A stretch of DNA of 63,880 nt, filler included, from Vezdaea acicularis (Eukaryota), in assembly GCA_026025075.1 (NCBI GenBank). It is 9 parts of 9 records of this genome, joined end to end, with 100 filler letters (N's around TTAATTAATTAA, not from the genome) between each part and the next. Parts side by side here need not be neighbours in the genome. Positions count along the whole stretch, not along the records: positions 17,060 to 25,382 come from JAPEUI010000276.1; positions 25,483 to 33,293 come from JAPEUI010000278.1; positions 33,394 to 40,214 come from JAPEUI010000281.1; 6 more parts are not named here. One strand, given 5' to 3'. Position numbers and translations under genes: made by a program. This document shows, piece by piece, positions 25,300 to 38,664 of the stretch. Numbering within the stretch: the stretch's first letter is position 1; each line of letters opens with the position of its first letter. The notes beneath the pieces are model-generated. The model saw nothing but the letters and a program-made list of their open reading frames with translations, made no database searches and was not told where the DNA came from.

Positions 25300-26484
25300 C
25301 GTTTGCATAGTGGCGGTTGGTTGACATTCTGCATAGCGGGGGTTTGCATCAACTTGGCGGGCGCTGGGTTTGGATATCGCATNNNNNNNNNNNNNNNNNN
25401 NNNNNNNNNNNNNNNNNNNNNNNNNNTTAATTAATTAANNNNNNNNNNNNNNNNNNNNNNNNNNNNNNNNNNNNNNNNNNNNGGGGATACAGGCTACCTA
25501 ATGAACGTCTTGGATACTTGTCCCGGCCCATGTTCGCGATCGGAGGTGCTCACCACGAGCAGTCAAACATTAGGCAAAGGGTGGGGCAGGAAGGTGCGGA
25601 TTATCTTGGGAAACTCTGGTATGCTAAGAGAGTGTAGTTGCGCTTTGAGAGAAATGGTTGCTCCATTCCTTAGGGGAACAAGTAAGGAAGAGCTTCTTTG
25701 AGCGCGTGAAGTGAGGCTCTGGATCTAGGACGGCTCGCTTCGCACCGGGCATGCAAGCACTTTAACCTTATCCTTGCAAGCGAGGGATTTCCAAACGTCA
25801 CTTACCGTCAATTTTGGCGACGTAGTCGCATGGTCTGCCCGCTTCTGTTTGTCGAACAGCCCATGTCCATAGTTTTGCCATTGATGTTCATTCTTCACGA
25901 GAGGTACCTCTGCGGGGCCTTGCGCTGTAATCTCCCGAAACACGAAGGTTTTCCGGCCTGGTCAGAGGACTCAGAGCCACAGTCTTGAGGCTACGGGGAG
26001 TTGCATATTTGGCGGGAGATCGGCAGTCTTCAATCCTTCTTTCGCGTAATTCGAATAGGGGACCTCCTGCAGATGCAAAGAGGTCCCACCGACTTGCTCG
26101 AACATCTCGGAATTGCTGTCCATAGCACATGCGAGTTGGTCATGCAGCATTGAAGTTTTTGTAAGGAGGTTAGAGTACATTTGAAAGTCCCTGGACTGTC
26201 ACCGCTTCATAAGAACCCTCAGGGTAACCTCGCGAACCGGCCGGACGCTTGTCCTGCATTTACCGTGGGCTTAGGATGAAATTGTTGTATGACTGTCTGG
26301 AGAAATCGCTCAGTGGAAGAATAATAAACCTTTCAAGAGCTCTTCTAGGAAGAGCTCAAATCTTGTTCCGTCTGTTTGGGCAGCACTAGGGGACCTGATC
26401 CACTAAAAAGTCAATACGGTCGCGTGCGGAAATTCCTAGCGATCGCGAAAATTATTCCCATTTGTGGGACGGACTTGCTTCACG

Positions 26485-27785
26485 ATGTCAGACGATGAAG
26501 CCGATCCGGAACTTTTGGAATTACTCCGTCAGTCACTAGGTCTTGGTGCTCCAGATAGATCTTTACCTCCAGAGACAAAGGTTCTAGTAGGGGCAGAGCA
26601 TGTCTACAATAATGCGATCGATGTCGCGATTGACTCACGAGGTACCAAAGCCGCAGCGCAAACCATATGGAGCCTTATGCAGCAGAAGGAATACTCGACC
26701 AAGACATGGGCGACGCACGAACTGCATCCCACCGCTAGAGATGAATCCACGGTGGAGTTCATCTTGACTATGGACTTGTTAAATTTTTCTTTTTGGTCGG
26801 ATAGCCCTTCGGAGAAGCGTTTTGCGATTGAGTATAGGGGGAAGAAGTGGACAGGATATTGGAGCTTGGTGGCAGCTTTACAAAGGGCTATAGATGAAGG
26901 TACTTCTATCATGGCTTTGTGTTGGATACAAGAGCTGCCAAGCTCATATGGCCATAGGAGTTCCCATTACCAACTCGGACTTTTGGCAAAATCAGGAGGA
27001 GTTAACGGAAGAAATTCTTGGTCACGTCTTCAGATCTGCAACTGATGAACAAATCCCATTACTATCTGAAAGATTGGAAAACCTAAGAGAAGCTGGGAAA
27101 GTCCTCTATGAGGTGAGAATTCTTAAGGTTCAGGGCGTCAAGGGGGAAACTGACCTTCCTAAGAAATACGATTGCAGCTTCATAAACTGCATAAGGGAGG
27201 CGAATGGCTCTGCAGCCGCCTTAGTCAATATCCTTGCGGATAACTTCTCTTGCTTTAAGGATGAGATCAGGTTCGAAGGAAAGATAATAAGGATTCTAAA
27301 ACGCGCTCAGATCCTTGTTGCGGATCTTTGGGCTTGCTTTGAGGGGCAAAGCTTCGGTGCTTTTACCGACATCGATAAGATCACGATGTTTGCCGGTAAT
27401 ACCCTACACGAGCGTGATTTGATCATGAAGCTGAGCTGTATAGATTACCGAGTTCCTCAGATGCTTCACACTTTAGGGTGTCTAATGTATAGCCCTGTAC
27501 TTGATAATCACATTCGGCAACGTCGACTCATTCCTTTTGGCCATTCATGGGAGGTGCAACTGCGAGGTATGTCCCAGTCGGAGAGGCCTATAATCTTACT
27601 CACCAAACTTAGGTTGTAGTATATGGTGTGTCGAACTGGTTAAGAAAGAAATTCAAAGGGTGCACCCAGAGGTGGAGGTGAACGCAATACTGATAGACTT
27701 TTTCTTGTACGATACAATGAAGGAGCAAGAGTCTGCAGGAAATGAGGAGATTCCACATCATCGAACACGAAGCATCTGGTACTAA
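26485..27785 (+). CDS. QNG1: Queuosine salvage protein / queuosine 5'-phosphate N-glycosylase (DUF2419), multi-exon
   Basis: MDLLNFSFW, WTGYWSLVAAL, KRAQILVADLW, ITMFADYRVPQ, EVQLRGCS, NAILIDFFL, PHHRTRSIWY*. Confidence 0.92.
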
Positions 27786-28199
27786 TACGAGGCCATTGAA
27801 AAGGCAGTGTTCGGTCTGACTGATAGCTATTGGTTGTTTGACATGAAGATCTAGAAGTGTAGGGGGACCTTTGGTACGAAGCTTAGATCTCTTCCCATGC
27901 TTGGCATATTACGCGGCTAGAGTTGTGTATCGTATGTGTTGCATTGGTTGGCAACGGCGCACTTCCGATTACTGGAGTTATAGAAGGATGACTAGGGAAG
28001 CATTCGGACGACGAGGCTTTGGAGTGCCTGGACCAGATTTTGCATTTGTTTCGGAAATTCTGACGATAAGATTAAGGTAATTATAGGCCTTCTCCAACAT
28101 CTTTTGATGGCTTCCTTTTGCTGAATTGATATATCTCCCACGGAGATCTACTCATTATCTGGAGCTTTGAGCAGTTGCAGTTGCATTGCCAATTAAGGT

Positions 28200-28214
28200 C
28201 ACGTGCTCACGCGT
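28200..28214. promoter_or_regulatory. CACGTG E-box next to an ACGCGT (MCB) element upstream of POLD4
   Basis: Sequence reads CACGTGCTCACGCGT about 170 nt before the ATG. MCB boxes are typical of fungal DNA-replication genes. Function is inferred. Confidence 0.4.
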
Positions 28215-28383
28215 TTCGAATGACTAGCGCGGTTGTCCGATCAACGCTAATTGCGCAACCGCTCAAGCGAAAGAAACGTCACTCGTAGAATCTAGGCCGT
28301 TCAGCTCAGTCATACTTCTCATTAAGTTTACTAGAATCGCAAGATAATCAAACATAGCGTAGCATACAAACCCAGATATCACC

Positions 28384-29086
28384 ATGCCGCCCGCTCGCCG
28401 AAGTGGTGCAAAGACAAGTGGCCCTGCTGCTAGCGGAGGCCAGCGCACTCTTACATTTGGCAACAAGTCGAAAGTTACCAAAAGCGGAGCGCCAGTAACA
28501 TCCCATAGCGCCAAGAAAGATGCCATTCTTCTCCAAGAAGTCAGTGACAATAACTCAGTTGCTTCTTCGAAGGAGTCGTATGAGCCCACCACTGCGGAAA
28601 TAGCGATCGAAGATCAGACGAAGGCAGAGGTCAAGAGACCTAGGACTAAAGAAGAACTCGAGGCCTTGAAGATCACAGACCTGCAAGTGAAGAAATATTG
28701 GAGGGTTGTGGAAGAGGAGAGACTTGCTCCAAGAGGTATAATCTTGTCAACTGATACGAGAACTGATTCTTGCTAATCCTCATGTGACTGAAGTACACCA
28801 AAAAGACCTAACTCTGAACGAGAAAATATTGCGTCACTTCGACTTGTCATCACATTATGGGGTAAGAAAGTGCTTTGAAAACATGTCGAAATAGGCTGAC
28901 TAAAGATTCGCCTAGCCATGTGTTGGAATTGCGCGGTTGAAGCGATGGAATCGAGCCAATAACCTGAATTTGCATCCTCCCATAGAGGTCTTAGCTGTTC
29001 TATTGAAGGAAGAAGAGAGGAACAACAAGGCAGCGCAGAGGGCGTATGTGGATGAGCTCCTTAGCTCTAAGCTGTCGGTTGATTGA
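28384..29086 (+). CDS. POLD4: DNA polymerase delta subunit 4 (Cdm1/p12), two introns
   Basis: PIP-like QRTLTF; spliced PRVHQKDL..EKILRHFDLSSHYGPCVGIARLKRWNRA..LHPPIEVLAVL. Confidence 0.9.
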
Positions 29087-29757
29087 GGTAAAAGGGTGGC
29101 ATATCCTCGGCAGGAGTTCCGGTTTCCAGTAGGACCATTTCTTTAGACATTATCTTGTAGTCACGATACTACTCAGGGATTTTAGGGTCTTCGAACTAGC
29201 TACAATTGTAGCGCAAATTCAAAAGATCCATACCGATCATATGACCCATCAACCACCTGCCATGATCGTTCGCGATCAGACACTTTCTTTGAATTTCTTA
29301 GTGTAACTTTCAGTCACTCATCTGTAGGAGTTGTAGGACTATTGATTAACACATCACGGGACAAAACGGGACAGAACGGGACAGAACACCGTGATTTCGT
29401 TTAAGATAGTTACTGCCACGTGCTTTCTGCAGAAGTGCGTAAAGCTTCACTGGTAAGGAAGGAGCCTATGATAACACTTCTGGTAACGCCTTCCCACACG
29501 GTCTTTTCCACCTCCGAGGACCGCGCTCTTGCTATAGAGGAAAGAGAACCCGATACCGCCCGCCCCTGTGCTTTTCGCCCCTCCGATTCCGGGGTTTTCA
29601 CAGCGCATCCCGTGACTGGACGTTTTTAGGGCTTTCGCGGTTCCAAGTGAATCTTAGAATCCTCGCGTACATCTTACTGTCGCAATCATTTCTTCTTAAC
29701 ATTATGCTACTTCTCGCTCGAAAGAGATCTGCTGCTCGAGTGCGTTTCTGAGATGAA

Positions 29758-32419
29758 ATGGCGTCAACCCATGAATTTGATCGTATCGAGCGTGAACCAG
29801 AGCTATGGGACGAAGAAGCATGCCGGGACTTTCTTGTACATGACCTTGGATTTGATATACCTTATACATATCGGTATGCAGAGGGCGTTCACCAGGTTTA
29901 TCAGCGACTGCTTGTCCGCTATGGGGATGCGAATTTTGCAAGAGCTTTAGGAGTGTTTCATACACTGTTAGAAGACGACAATGCTGCAGGAGGTGTTGGC
30001 GATGATGGAGATTCCTGGCGTTCTTGGCGTCATGATCACCGCATGAGACGTGTAAGTGAGTTCAAATTCACTTTTGTGAGAACAGAAACGCTTAACATCA
30101 AGTTAGCTTGATCTCTCGAACCCTGGCACTCCGAGATTTGGAAGCATGGTTCTACCCTCACCAATTCCGCCCAAAGGATTTGGGAAAATGAAGGATGAGG
30201 TGGATCATGAGGCAACATCACAGGCTTCAAACGCCGCAGAAATTGACGAAAGAAGGTTTGGGCTGCGACGAAGGACACTCTCAACGCCGATGCCTGGTGA
30301 GCCGCGGAGCGAGCCCGATAGCATTGTCCTTGAAGAAATATCAGCTCGTTTGTTATTGTACCCAACATCAAGGCAAGCGACAATAAAATCTCCTGCAAAA
30401 TCTCCTGCTCAATACAAAAGTTTCATGAGCCAAGCGCAGGCCAATAGTGACAAACAACTGAAAACAGGGCTGCACAGAAGACTTGGTGATAGGTTATCTA
30501 ACCTGTTTTGCAGGTACAGGCGGGGCCACGCACGAACTTCTGACCAGAGCGGGATTTTACAAACGCCCTCTTCTGCATCTACGTTCCTAAGCTCACCTCC
30601 GTTCAATTTTGATGGTGCTTCTGATATGCTAAGTTCTAGTCCCTCCGAGCATCAGTACTTGTACCTCAATCGCCCCCTCCCACCCCTACCTGTCGCTTCT
30701 GAAGGCGAGGCGCCACAACAAACGAGCAGTGCGACGACGAGAGCCTCATTTACGAGCACCTCTTTTACGTCCCGCTCCAGTGGGTCACGTTATCGTGCCA
30801 CACCTGCGTCGTCAATCTCTTCCGCAGGCATTTCTCGAACCTCTAGCAGATCAGACTTCAAGAAGATTGTTGCCAGTCTCCAAAACCAGCATCTCGCAAG
30901 AATGTCGAGTAGTAGGAATTATGGCCCGCTAGATCCCGCCAAGTACAGTCCTCATTCCTCCAGATCTGGTCAGAACCATGGCTCTGAAGAGAAAAGCAGG
31001 CGTAGCACTATTTCGGCTGAGCAAACTAATGAGTATGCATCTCTTTCTGATTTTAAGCTCACGTAGGTCCAATTTTTTTCTTGCTAATTCTGCGCCGCAC
31101 TCAGCACTTCTACACGCTATCAGCAATGGATTGACAACCCTCGCTACTCGATCGACGTAGACGACGAAGAGAAAGACTCCTTCGACCAGCATCGTGACAA
31201 TCAGCGTGGTATGGAACGTCTTGAAGGCCGCACACCCTTTACATTCGATACTTCCAAGGCTCCTACACGTCGTCCGGGTCAATCTAGCTCAGAAAACAAC
31301 ATTATTGCTGCGGCTCGTAATCATAAGCGTGGCATGTCTTACTCTGAGACTCCCGCCCGAATGGGTTCACCTATGTCCAAAGATACTACGTTTCGAGGTC
31401 GCTCCCTTTCTCCTGTCAAGTACGTGGTTGACGACAAGGACAAGGGGAAGGCAACCAAACCACCAAAGCGTGGCCGCAGTCCTATCAAGAAGCTGTTATT
31501 CGGAGAAGGAGAAAAAGAGGGCAATCATGACCGGAGCAAGTCTGTCAAGGAACAAAGATCTCCGCAGAGCGACAAAGCTCGTACTGGTTTGAGAGCATTA
31601 GGTGGTAAGATCATGCATAAGATCGACGAATTAGTAAGTAGCGAGTCCTCTAGCTTGGCCTGCTGAAAGCTTACCTCTAGCTAGCGTGCCAATCCCTTGG
31701 ATTTTCTTCCGAACCCGTTCACCTCTAAAGACTTTGTGGCTAGCACCTTCCCAGTGTCCCTCGACCCACCTGCACAAGCCCACTTGTACATGGAGGTAGA
31801 GCTCATGTTGTGCGTCACTGCCAACACGTATTTAATGATTCAGCGCGAAAACATGCGCATGAGCAGCGAATCGCTCACAAAGATTGCCACGGAATGGCGT
31901 GACAAGTCTCGTCCTCAAGTTATCGAATTCCACTACGACCTCGTAACCCAGCGCGAGCTCATCATGCTCAACCTGAAGACCTTTCACTTTTACGGCGAGA
32001 ATCAGAACGATCCAGTCCAAATCAATATCATGCTCCAGAATTGGCGCGCTTTGGCCCGCGAGATTGCTATCCGTACCTTCTGCTACCCCGATGCTCAGAT
32101 CAGACGCCACTTGCACGATATTTACAAGATCATCGAGATGTTGGGCGCCCCAATGATCACTTTCATGGCATTTCAGGAGATTCAGCTCAGAACCTTGGAG
32201 AAGATGAAGGTCGAGACCGAAAAGAGAGTTGCGAGGAGCAAGATTGAGTATGGCGTCGAGAAGCCATGGACCCCGCCGCCAAGAGGCAGCTCTAGGAAAG
32301 TCGTGATTGTGTCTGGCGCTCCAGAAGGGACAAGTGATGCGTCCAAATTCGAGAAGAACTCCTACGACGACAGTACCCAGGCTGGAGCAGCTCGTCTCGC
32401 TAACTCTTGGGGATCTTGA
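29758..32419 (+). CDS. Fungal hypothetical protein, four exons (introns ~30051-30106, ~31063-31123, ~31634-31684)
   Basis: Four ORFs joined by GT-AG introns. Ser-rich middle and a globular-looking C-terminal block FPVSLDPPAQAHLYMEVELMLCVTANTYL...RTFCYPD. Confidence 0.7.
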
Positions 32420-34398
32420 ACCTTGTTTTGGGGGAAGCCGTTGCTGCACCGCAGTCATCGGCTCCTGGAATCAATGCAGCTGCTTCTGTCAAACTTGTCA
32501 GAGCTCCCCTCACTGGCTGCGTTGCTTTCCTTCTTACGTGCTCTGCTTGCACTGCTGCAAGGAGCGCTCTCAACCTTTCCCCTTATTTTCACTTGTACGA
32601 CTTCAAGCCTCTCAACGAGCCACGAAGCGTAATAGACTGACTTTTTCTTTCACCTTCTCAACTTTACCTCTTTTCACCCACACACCCCACAGATAGGCTA
32701 GCCCCACTCAACATCAACCCTACTACATCATCCCACCACACCTGGACCCTCCCACAGCAAACTTTTCAGGGAATCAGCTATGCTTTTCTAGGGCTGTCTT
32801 TTCCTTTTTCTTTCCTCATAATAATAATCGGCGCGGCTCAATCCTTATAGGAGACATGCAGCTTGACCACTATCAGTGACTTATGCGTCGCTCGATGCTT
32901 CTGCACTCCTTGCCTGCCCCCCCCTTCTCCTTTTTTAACCCCCCCCCTTTTCTTTCACAAATTGTGCACCAAAAACCTTTAATAACCCGAAAATCATGCG
33001 GGAAAAGGCCCTGAAGAAAGCGCAGCGCGCTGTCGGCTGGTGGGGGCCTAGCTAGCTACCTGTACACACTTCTCAGAATGAATGAAATACCCCTTTCCCT
33101 CCATTCTACTCCCTACCCCGCCTCCCTCTTCTGTTTGGGTGAAGTCGTGATGATGCTGTAGTAACGCCCTCCGTGTCTTGGAAGGTAGTGATTCCATAGC
33201 CGTGCCCTGGCCCTACCCATGACCCCTAGCTACATAGTATCTTCGCACCCAAGACAACGAAGCAAGGGAGAGAGGCGGGATGGATGGGGGTGTNNNNNNN
33301 NNNNNNNNNNNNNNNNNNNNNNNNNNNNNNNNNNNNNTTAATTAATTAANNNNNNNNNNNNNNNNNNNNNNNNNNNNNNNNNNNNNNNNNNNNAGACAGA
33401 CACCACTGCATGCATGTCTCATATGTTCCCGCCGGGCAGCGGATGCAGGAACGGCGTAGTGGGCGAGGAATGTCATGTCAGGTACGCGAGCGAGCCCAGC
33501 GACCGAGGGAGCGAGGCTGGGACAACCACAGGCACGCACGCATACACAGAGGGAGAATGCATACAGAGAAGGACACGAAAGCCGGTCTGAGATATGGGGA
33601 GAGATCGATATCACGGTGACAGTGACTGCGACAGTGGTAGTGGCAATGGCAATAGTGGTAGTAATAGGAGTAGTAGCAGTAGGAGTGAGCTAAATAGAAA
33701 AACTCCTGGTAGTAGGACGATATCTAGTCAACGTTCGCCGAAAAAATTATATGGGGATATCCAACGACATGGAATACAACTCGCGCACGTAAAGGAGCAA
33801 GCACACATAGACACCGACACACGATAAACAATTCAAGGACGGAAGAGGACTGGCGGGTACACGCTCGATTAAATTATACCCAAGATCTCAAAGGCGATGA
33901 GCTCGAGTAGAAGCAATGTACAGCACACCAGACCACACGCGCACGGAGAGTAAAAGACCCTGGAGGGACGCAAGAGAGAAGACGAGGGGGAGAAAAAGTA
34001 AGCTTGTCTGAAGTCTGTAAGGTTTTTGTGCGAAAAGAGCCAATCTTCCATTATACCAAGGATACAAGGGCCGGAGTAAAGCCAATCGACGCAGAAACCA
34101 AATCTTGACCGAAGCAGACTCCACCGGATTCTTTTATATTAGAACGCACGTCTTGAGAAGGAAAACCCACGGCCACACACCCCCATCGCAATGCATTGAA
34201 GATTTGATCGTGAATTATGTTCCCAAAGCGAACCTCGTGTCAGCCCTCCAGGTATCGTGCTTGTGAAGAAAAAAAATCCCCCACCCCCTACACTCCAACC
34301 ACCCCAGAGTCTTCATGGAACCCCAAGACCATCGCTGTACCACCGGAGAAGCTTCACGAGGCTCGAGAGACCACTCAACCCAAGGAAGGTCGAGCCGC

Positions 34399-35040
34399 TT
34401 ACAAGATGTAAGCAGCCATGCCGAGGAGACCAGCAAGGCCAGCACCGGACGCAACCATCGCCTTGTTGGCGGCACCAGTGAAGGTAGAGACAGGTGCGGG
34501 GGCAACGGTTGTGGGCTTGGCGACACCGGAGGTGACGGGGACAACTGGTGCAGGGGGACCGGTAGTGGTGGTGACTGGTGCAACTGGGGTGACGGGGATG
34601 ACCGTGGTGTTGCTGAAGATGACCGGGGGAGGTGCAACAGAGGTAACGGGAACCACGGGGAAGGTGACAGTGCACGGGCAGTTGGTGATGGTCAAGGTGG
34701 TGGCCTAGAAAGAGATAAAGTCAGCAGTCGATTCTTGTCGCACATGAAATGGCGCTCGCCAGTGCAGTCCCGAGAGAACATGGCAACGCGAGGAATGCTG
34801 CGAAGCACCACCCCACATTCCACATCGCCCAGGAAAACACCGGGCCACAGCCCTAGGAAATCCACAACATACCGACTTGACGGTGTATGTGACACCGTTG
34901 TTGGTGATGGTGGTCGAGGCCGGGCAGTAGGTGGTGAACGCAGTCACGACGGAGGTGGTGTAGGCGGGGAGGGTGCTGTTGTAGCCAGCAGACACACCAG
35001 CGACGGACGCGGCGGCGACGGCGATGCTTGAGAAACGCAT
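34399..35040 (-). CDS. Ccg-6/Sed1-like GPI-anchored cell-wall protein; intron 34705-34872
   Basis: Signal peptide MRFSSIAVAAAS, TTSVVTAFTTYCP..TITNNGVTYTV|ATTLTITNCPCT motif, Pro/Thr stalk, GPI signal FTGAANK...GLAGLLGMAAYIL. Confidence 0.9.
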
Positions 35041-38000
35041 GTTGATGGTATTAAGTATTTACGTCGTGAAACGGAAATATGTAAGTGAGGAGGGTTATAA
35101 AGGTGGGAGTTAAGGTTGGAGGTGGATAAGCGTTGGATCAACGAGTGAAATCGGTAAAAACCGGTGTGATAGAGTGCTGCTGAAAGAAAGTGCGTGGGTG
35201 AAGGAAGGAAGAAAGAGAAGAGGGTATCGAGATGGGGGAGGACGGAACTTATAGGGTGGTGCGTGGGCCGCGGACCGGCGAAAGGGTCTGCGGCGGGTAC
35301 GAGGGAGGGAGAGCGAGCGAGAAGGGACGGAGCCGTCACGGCTGGTGGGCGTCGTTAGGGGGGGTGACGGGGGTGGGTGGGTGGTTGGTGGTTGGCTGGG
35401 TGGGGCCGCCCCCCCCCCCCCCCCCCCGCTCGTCCCATCTCCCGCGCTACCCTCTATTCGCTCGTCTTCCGTGCGACTTTCTCCTCTCGCCGGCCCGCGC
35501 ACTGCCGGTGCCTCCTCTCGCTGTCTCTGCCTCTGTCTTTCGTCCTCCCTTTTTTCTGCCTCCGCGCGCACTTTCTCCTGCTCGGCCAATCAATCGGCGG
35601 CGGCCACGACGGACGGGGCGCCCATGCTCGCCGCGCCTGCTGCATCGGGGGGGTCTTGTGCTCCCTCTCGCCCTCTGGCGCTGCCGCCCCCGGGCTAGGC
35701 CCGAAGCAGCCGCCCAGAAATTAGCCTCTTCCTGGTCTTTTCACTGGGCGCCATTCGCTAGCGCCTGATCCGATTGCAGCGAGACGAGCGAGACGAGAGC
35801 GAGAGCGAGAGCGAGACCCGACCGGCGAGGCCGCCCCCCCCCGGTCGCTTATTGGGGAATAGGAGACAACAAACAGGGCGGCGACGCGGCGACCAGACGA
35901 CACACCGACGAGCACCTTGCCCGCGCTGCCAGCCAGTCCCGCCCCGACACAACGCGAGCTGGCTGCAAAATGGCCGTGCGGAAACGTGCGAGTGGGCGTC
36001 CAATGCTGGGAATAATGGCGCGCAGGCACGAATCAGGAGCCGTGCGGTGGCGGATGCGTGAGCGGCGCGCCGACCAAGGCCCCCACGCGGTTGACAGAAT
36101 AGTTGGCACTCCCAAACCTAAGCGAGGTACCTCCTCACCAAAATAATATGTCTAGGTACTTTACCTGTCACGTGCCTGTCTAGCGTTTGTCCATTGCAGT
36201 GCCATCTTTTCTGTCAACCGCGTGGCCCCCAACCGCAGCCGCAGCTGCTGCCGTCGGTTCCTGGCATGCCCGTTCCTGGTGCCTTGACGCTCGCCCACGG
36301 CCGCTGACGTTTCGGCTCCGCCAAGGATTCGTGGCCCTGCCGCCGCTCCATCCTCCCCCCTCCCCCCTGACGCTCCGCACGCGACGAAGGTGGCCGCTGC
36401 TCGTCGCCAACAGCAACGACGGCAGCATTGTTGAGTTTGTCGCACAATGCTCGCGATGGCCTTGCACTCCAGCCTCTCATTCCTTCATCCCGACCGCGAA
36501 ACATTCCCTTTCACATGCGCTCGTCACGGCGGCCGCACAGGGCTGCCGCGGCGGCGAGCGGGAAAGCGAAACACATGCAGGTGATCCCTGCGCGTTGCCG
36601 CTGGGGAGATTGGGCGTAATCTCTCTCATCTTGGGACGACACATCGGCCTCCCATCGGACGAGAGAGATGAACGATGGCGACGGCAGCCAGTAGGACGGC
36701 CTCCCGCCCCGATGTCGTGCTTGGGATGAGCTCCGTCTGAAGCGGCCGCCTGCCGGTCCAGAAACAGATGCGGCGAAATGGCAAATGGCAAATGGAAGCA
36801 ACACGCGCGCGACAGCTCCCCGTTGGACGAAAGACGCGTCGAGTTCGAATCGTGTCGAGTCGAGTCGAGTCGAAACGGGATCGAACAGCGGCTTTCGGTC
36901 GATGGTACCGACGATTGTTGGGTCGTGACTCGGCGCCCCCCATGTCTCTCGATGCTCCATCTCGCAACGCGGACCACCACCCATCGGAGCTCGCCCCCAG
37001 CGCTACCGTCCATGAAGCCATTGGTGCGTGTGCCAGGGCAGGCATGAAGATGGATGACGGATTGGCACATGGGAAGCCGAGATGGCTCATCACCGTGCGG
37101 CCGGAGCCTCAAGGGGCGAAGGGGAGGACGGTGGGCGGAGGAATACAATCGAATGAAGAGACATCACGTGACTATACGTACCTTTTCCTCTCCCACACCC
37201 GGTTATATCTACACTCTGGCACTCAGAGCTAGAACCCCGTGCGAGGTCACACTCGTCACACTCCAACCAAAACGTCTGCCATCGTCAAGCCGCCATAGGG
37301 GAGAAACCCGTTACAAATCGCTAGTCGCTGCCCTCCCAAAAGGTCGAGTCACCTCAAGCGCGAAGAAAATGGTTGGAGCGACGTGAGTCAAGAGCCCCCT
37401 CCCCCATCGCGGTATCCCTCAATCTGGCTGGCAGGGCAAAGCCGTTGAATGCTAAGGACGCCAACCTCCCAGCCCCATCATCTCTCGCCTTCTTCCGCGA
37501 GATTTGATGTCGTCTTCAGCGGCGAATAAGGCGATGCTTTAAAATAAGCGCGAAGCTCGACGAAGCTCACAGCTCCGAGCTCAAGCTCCGCCGGCTCGGT
37601 GGCGTCGCTGCAGGCGGTCGTCGGCGGCGAGGGTATCGGCGTGGGAAAGGGGAGAAGAGGGTGTGCTGCCACACCATCGCCCATCTCCCCATCTCCCCAA
37701 CCGCCACCAGCTCGAATAGACGCGTCTGCTCAATCAGGCAAAGAGAGTCTTCCTTCTCCCTTTTTCTTCTTTTTACCAGGCGAGTGAGGCGTCGTCTAGC
37801 GCACGCCACCAGCGTCGAGGGCCGTCGGTGGCCGATTCCCGCTGCAGTGACGATGGGCGGACGGCGGGCGCCACCATCGAATCAGCGCCGGCCATTTGGG
37901 ACATCTCGCCCTATTCACCCATTAAAAGGGAAAAGGGAGGGGGGAAAAGGAGAATTTTCGAGAGCGGCCCAATCTCGCATGGAAGCTCCCCATTTCCCGC

Positions 38001-38664
38001 GCCCCGCAAAAAATGATGTCCTCTCGTTCCTGGCCGCCCCACGCCGTTGCCCTCATCCGTTCCATGTTCCATCCACCCATTCCTCCCATCCATCCATCCA
38101 TCCGCTCCTCCGTCTCCCTTCCCATCGCCCCCAACCGACCGCACTTCTAAAAATATGCAAACGAGATAGCCCGCAACAGCGAAAAAGCTTGATTGATCGG
38201 TGCTCAGCGATGTGAGATTGAGATTGAGCCGTGCTACCGCGTCCCGTCGCACCGGGTTCCAGCTCGAGCGGATCGACAAAATTTCGAGGGCAAAAAAACT
38301 CGGACGCGGATTCGGATGCCTTGGCTCGTAGCGTCTCACCCACCATCGTCCGTCCAATCGCCGTGATACAGCAAGACCGCCGAGATGAATTGGGGCAGCT
38401 GGAGCACCATCGGTACGTAATTCATCTCTTTGTTCCCTGGCAATGTGCACCTCCCCCCGATCTCGTCCGTGTCCTTCCTCCTCGGCAGATCGCTCCTCGG
38501 TCAGGGGTGAAGAGGAAGCTGCCCGGCACGTGGGGTGGTAAAAGGGGGGAGCGGGGGCGAAGGAAGCTCCAACATCAGTTCGAGCGTCGAACCGACCACC
38601 GATCAACAGGAGGGCGCAGGGTCCCGACGAGGTTAATTACAGCCTTATCCTACAAACCAAGAGC

